NCBI GenBank assembly: GCA_038321985.1
Contig: JBBQFN010000001.1
Location: forward strand, 224,001 to 288,000
From: Cyanophyceae cyanobacterium
GTDB lineage: Bacteria > Cyanobacteriota > Cyanobacteriia > Cyanobacteriales > Laspinemataceae
Reading direction: 5' to 3'
DNA length: 64,000 nt
Below, one piece after another: positions 61,382 through 64,000 of this stretch (position 1 is the first letter of the stretch; each line of letters starts with the position of its first letter). The notes below the pieces were generated by a model. The model did no database searches. It saw nothing but the letters and a program-made list of their open reading frames with translations, and was not told the origin of the DNA. The translations under genes were made by a program, and so were the position numbers.

Positions 61382-61700
61382 AAACCGATTCCCCGATCGC
61401 CACATTCATCGAAAAATTTGCCCCCACATCAAAGCTGAGGTTAATACCAATCAGATCCACCTTCGTCCGCCTCGGCTCATCAATCCCCTCAATCTCCTCC
61501 CTCACCCACTCCGTCGGGAACGTAGAAAGCAGATGCAGGTTGTGGGGGCCGTCGGTGGGTTGCTGACTCATAAAAACACCAGAGAGCGCACACCCCATTA
61601 CAGCCCCTTCCCCAACCCGAATCTGACATCCAGCTAAAGCATCGGAATGACTGCCAATTTCTTCCCAAGTCCCCTCGATTTCTAGCCGTTTTACCGTCAT
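61371..61700 (-). other. Probably chimeric ORF whose first 29 codons resemble a small antitoxin-like protein start
   Basis: LEIEGTWEEI...LAG..IRV, then unrelated sequence containing the MSQQP repeat. Confidence 0.35.
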
Positions 61701-61922
61701 AGAATATCTCGCTCAATACTAGGATTAAATTCATTATAGGCTGCTTCTAACTAAAAATCTGGATTAAGCTCGACGGTAAGAGCGATCGCCCAGTATTGAT
61801 AAGCGAATGGGCGGCGATCGCACGTTGGCAGACGTTTCCAGAAGGCAAAATTCGCAGATATAAACGTGAGCCAGATATGACACTCCACAAACTCTTGCCC
61901 GCCAATATGCGATCGCCATCAA

Positions 61923-62582
61923 CTACGATTCCGGCTCAATTCCTAACGCCCGCAACTGTGCCGCTAATCGTTCCGCCCGCTGGCGTTCTGCTGCTGCCTC
62001 CTCCCGTGCTGCTGTTCGTTCCTGCGACAGTTCAATCGTTGTGAGGAATTTTTCCCCGTCGGGGCGGTAAATGGTCAAAGCCTCCGGAGTGAACTCGAAG
62101 CGAATCCCTAAACGAGGGCTTGTCCATTGGCCGATCGCCTCAATCACAAGCAATTCCCCCTCCACCCGCTGAAGACCCACAAACTCATGATGCTCAGGGT
62201 CATAGATATAGTATTCTTCCACCCCATAGCGTTGATAAAATTGCTGCTTATTGACCATTGCCTGGAGGCCATTTCCCGGCGAAAGAATCTCAAACACCAC
62301 CTGGGGGGCAATATTTCCCTCTTCCCACTGGCGATAGGAACCGCGATCGCCCTTGGGTCTCCCAAACACTACAAACACATCGGGAGCCACCCGAATCTTG
62401 GGTTCCCCCTCCACGGGATACCAGAGTAGATCCCCCGCCACAAAAACATCGGGCTGATCCGCAAAGCAGCATTCTAAATTTTCCTTAATCAGGACAATCC
62501 ATTGGAACTGGCGCGTATTATGTGCGATCGGTTGGCCATCAGAATCAGGATAGAGAACAGGGCGATTAACGGAAAGAGTCAT
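61923..62582 (-). CDS. Uma2 (DUF820) family endonuclease-fold protein
   Basis: YPDSDGQP, APDVFVVFG, VVFEILSPGN, YGVEEYYIYDP and tail AERLAAQLRALGIEP. Confidence 0.93.
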   Translation of the reverse strand: MTLSVNRPVLYPDSDGQPIAHNTRQFQWIVLIKENLECCFADQPDVFVAGDLLWYPVEGEPKIRVAPDVFVVFGRPKGDRGSYRQWEEGNIAPQVVFEILSPGNGLQAMVNKQQFYQRYGVEEYYIYDPEHHEFVGLQRVEGELLVIEAIGQWTSPRLGIRFEFTPEALTIYRPDGEKFLTTIELSQERTAAREEAAAERQRAERLAAQLRALGIEPES

Positions 62583-62784
62583 AGGACAGGCGTGATTGCT
62601 GTTTGATATATTATGCCAAGCTTGACTTGGCGGTGTCCAGTCATTTTCCCTGGAGGTTCTGCCTCCATTTCCCCCGTGCAGGGATGGTGAGAAATGGGGT
62701 TTCTCTGATTAGCTTGGGGAAAGATGAAATGCTTATACTTGGGTGAACCAGAACTATTAAACTCCCTGCTAAACTGTTTTTTGT

Positions 62785-63804
62785 TTAAGTTGAGATCGCC
62801 CGATTGCTGGTATTGTCATCAATTTCACCAATTAAAATGGGATTTTTCCCTAGCTGATACGCGGATTTTAGATAACCGGGGTCTAGTTTCATCGTGGGCA
62901 AATCATGGTCTTTTAAAACGGTTTGGATACGATCGCAGGCTTCAGGAAGGTTGTAAAAAGGGATACCGGGAAAGGCGTGATGGATGGCATGATACTGTAA
63001 TCCTCCCATTAACCATCCCATGAGGGGATGGGTAGCTATGTTTCGTCCGGCATAGAGTTGGGTGAGGTGAGGGGTGTTCGATGTTCCCCACAAGCCATAA
63101 TGTTCTAAATGGTCTCGGGTTTGCATGACGAGTCCGATCGCCCGTTCTAAGATAAGCCACAAGAGCAGATAATGCAGCACTTTTCCCTGAAAATAAGCGC
63201 CGGTGAATAACAGAATATGAATGCTTAGACTACCGAGGATATCCCGGATTAATTGTTGGCGCAGTCGCTTAATTTGAGCTTGGAACTGCCATCCTTTCAG
63301 TAAGGTTTTGAGGATGAGTCCGATGCCGCCAAAGATGGTAATATCGATCGCCCATTGGTGCCGAACATAAAACTGCACAACGGGATGAGCTTGTTGATAC
63401 TCTTCTTCAGTCCATTGCACTCGTTCTGGGTCCCGCAAATTGATGCCATTCCAGGCATGATGCCAGGGATGGAGGGTGGCATAAACGCCGTAAGGCCAAA
63501 ATAGGGGCCAACTGATGACGTAGGGAAGCAGGCGATCGCAGGTTTTCCATCCGGTGAGGGTTTGATGGGTCATATCATGAGTGCAAATTAGCCAAAATCC
63601 ACAGAGGAAGCCGCCTAGGGTGGCGCTACTGGCGAAGAGGAGGGGGTTGGAGGTGGTCCAGGCTATCAGGAGGAAGGTGAGGCTAAGGCATCCGAGGATG
63701 ATAAATCTAAGCAGTCCCGGGACTGGATCCATGGACTGTAAGTCAGCGGTGACTTGATGGAGGGATTGGGTTAGAGAATGGGATTGCTGGAGGCGATCGC
63801 TCAT
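62785..63804 (-). CDS. Membrane fatty acid desaturase-superfamily protein
   Basis: His boxes HDMTH, HPWHH and HAIHH with TM segments. Confidence 0.88.
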   Translation of the reverse strand: MSDRLQQSHSLTQSLHQVTADLQSMDPVPGLLRFIILGCLSLTFLLIAWTTSNPLLFASSATLGGFLCGFWLICTHDMTHQTLTGWKTCDRLLPYVISWPLFWPYGVYATLHPWHHAWNGINLRDPERVQWTEEEYQQAHPVVQFYVRHQWAIDITIFGGIGLILKTLLKGWQFQAQIKRLRQQLIRDILGSLSIHILLFTGAYFQGKVLHYLLLWLILERAIGLVMQTRDHLEHYGLWGTSNTPHLTQLYAGRNIATHPLMGWLMGGLQYHAIHHAFPGIPFYNLPEACDRIQTVLKDHDLPTMKLDPGYLKSAYQLGKNPILIGEIDDNTSNRAIST

Positions 63805-64000
63805 GTTGGTAGGGGAGTGTTTTTTATTGATGATAAATTAATTGAGTTTGGGGATCCGGAAACGCTTGAAGTCGTTAGTACGAAAAAGGGATAACGACTG
63901 TAGAGAAAAGAAATGGGGCGTTTCTACTAACGGGGGGAGAACGACTCAAGTCGTGACACCGAAGTTATAGAAATAGCCTTGCTGTGACTAAAAGGGTGGG

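Larger units (their letters stand above)
1775..63800. repeat. HIP1 octamer GCGATCGC dispersed through the window
   Basis: Dozens of copies in coding and intergenic DNA (e.g. 7029, 9521, 49341); none seen in about 9530-13340. Confidence 0.95.

Noticed and set aside
61371..61571. XisH-like or transposase remnant in the MSQQP segment
   Set aside because: Resemblance is limited to a few residues (FDVGA, AIGESVYE), too weak without a search.
1..64000. tRNA, rRNA, IS transposase, integrase or prophage genes
   Set aside because: None was recognisable in the sequence or the ORF track.

Overview
A 64-kb window of a filamentous cyanobacterial chromosome. HIP1 GCGATCGC is very frequent, and chlB, chlM, crtD, hpsJ and an NtcA box are present; an Oscillatoriales-like origin is an inference. 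Most of the window is core metabolism: pgl, chlB, rph, adk, ppc, crtD, chlM, mgsA, nagA, purE, amt, ispH and miaB. Three accessory areas stand out. (1) About 9.0-14.1 kb: an AT-rich, HIP1-free McrB-like GTPase with no N-terminal recognition domain, paired with a LlaJI/McrC-like nuclease whose catalytic motif is split by a large insert. The pair sits among antitoxins whose toxins are truncated, internally deleted or missing. (2) About 15.6-21.6 kb: a dUMP-centred cluster made of a degenerate CobO-like gene with candidate tandem NrdR boxes, dCMP deaminase, dUTPase, thyX with an HNH-containing intein, and a fusion of a catalytically eroded thymidylate synthase/hydroxymethylase-like domain to a DUF1599/Nmad1-like helical domain. 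This cluster is the best candidate for an undescribed system. (3) About 59.4-62.6 kb: an array of toxin-antitoxin cassettes and remnants. No rRNA, tRNA, CRISPR array or transposase was recognised. All family calls come from reading motifs by eye, not from database searches.
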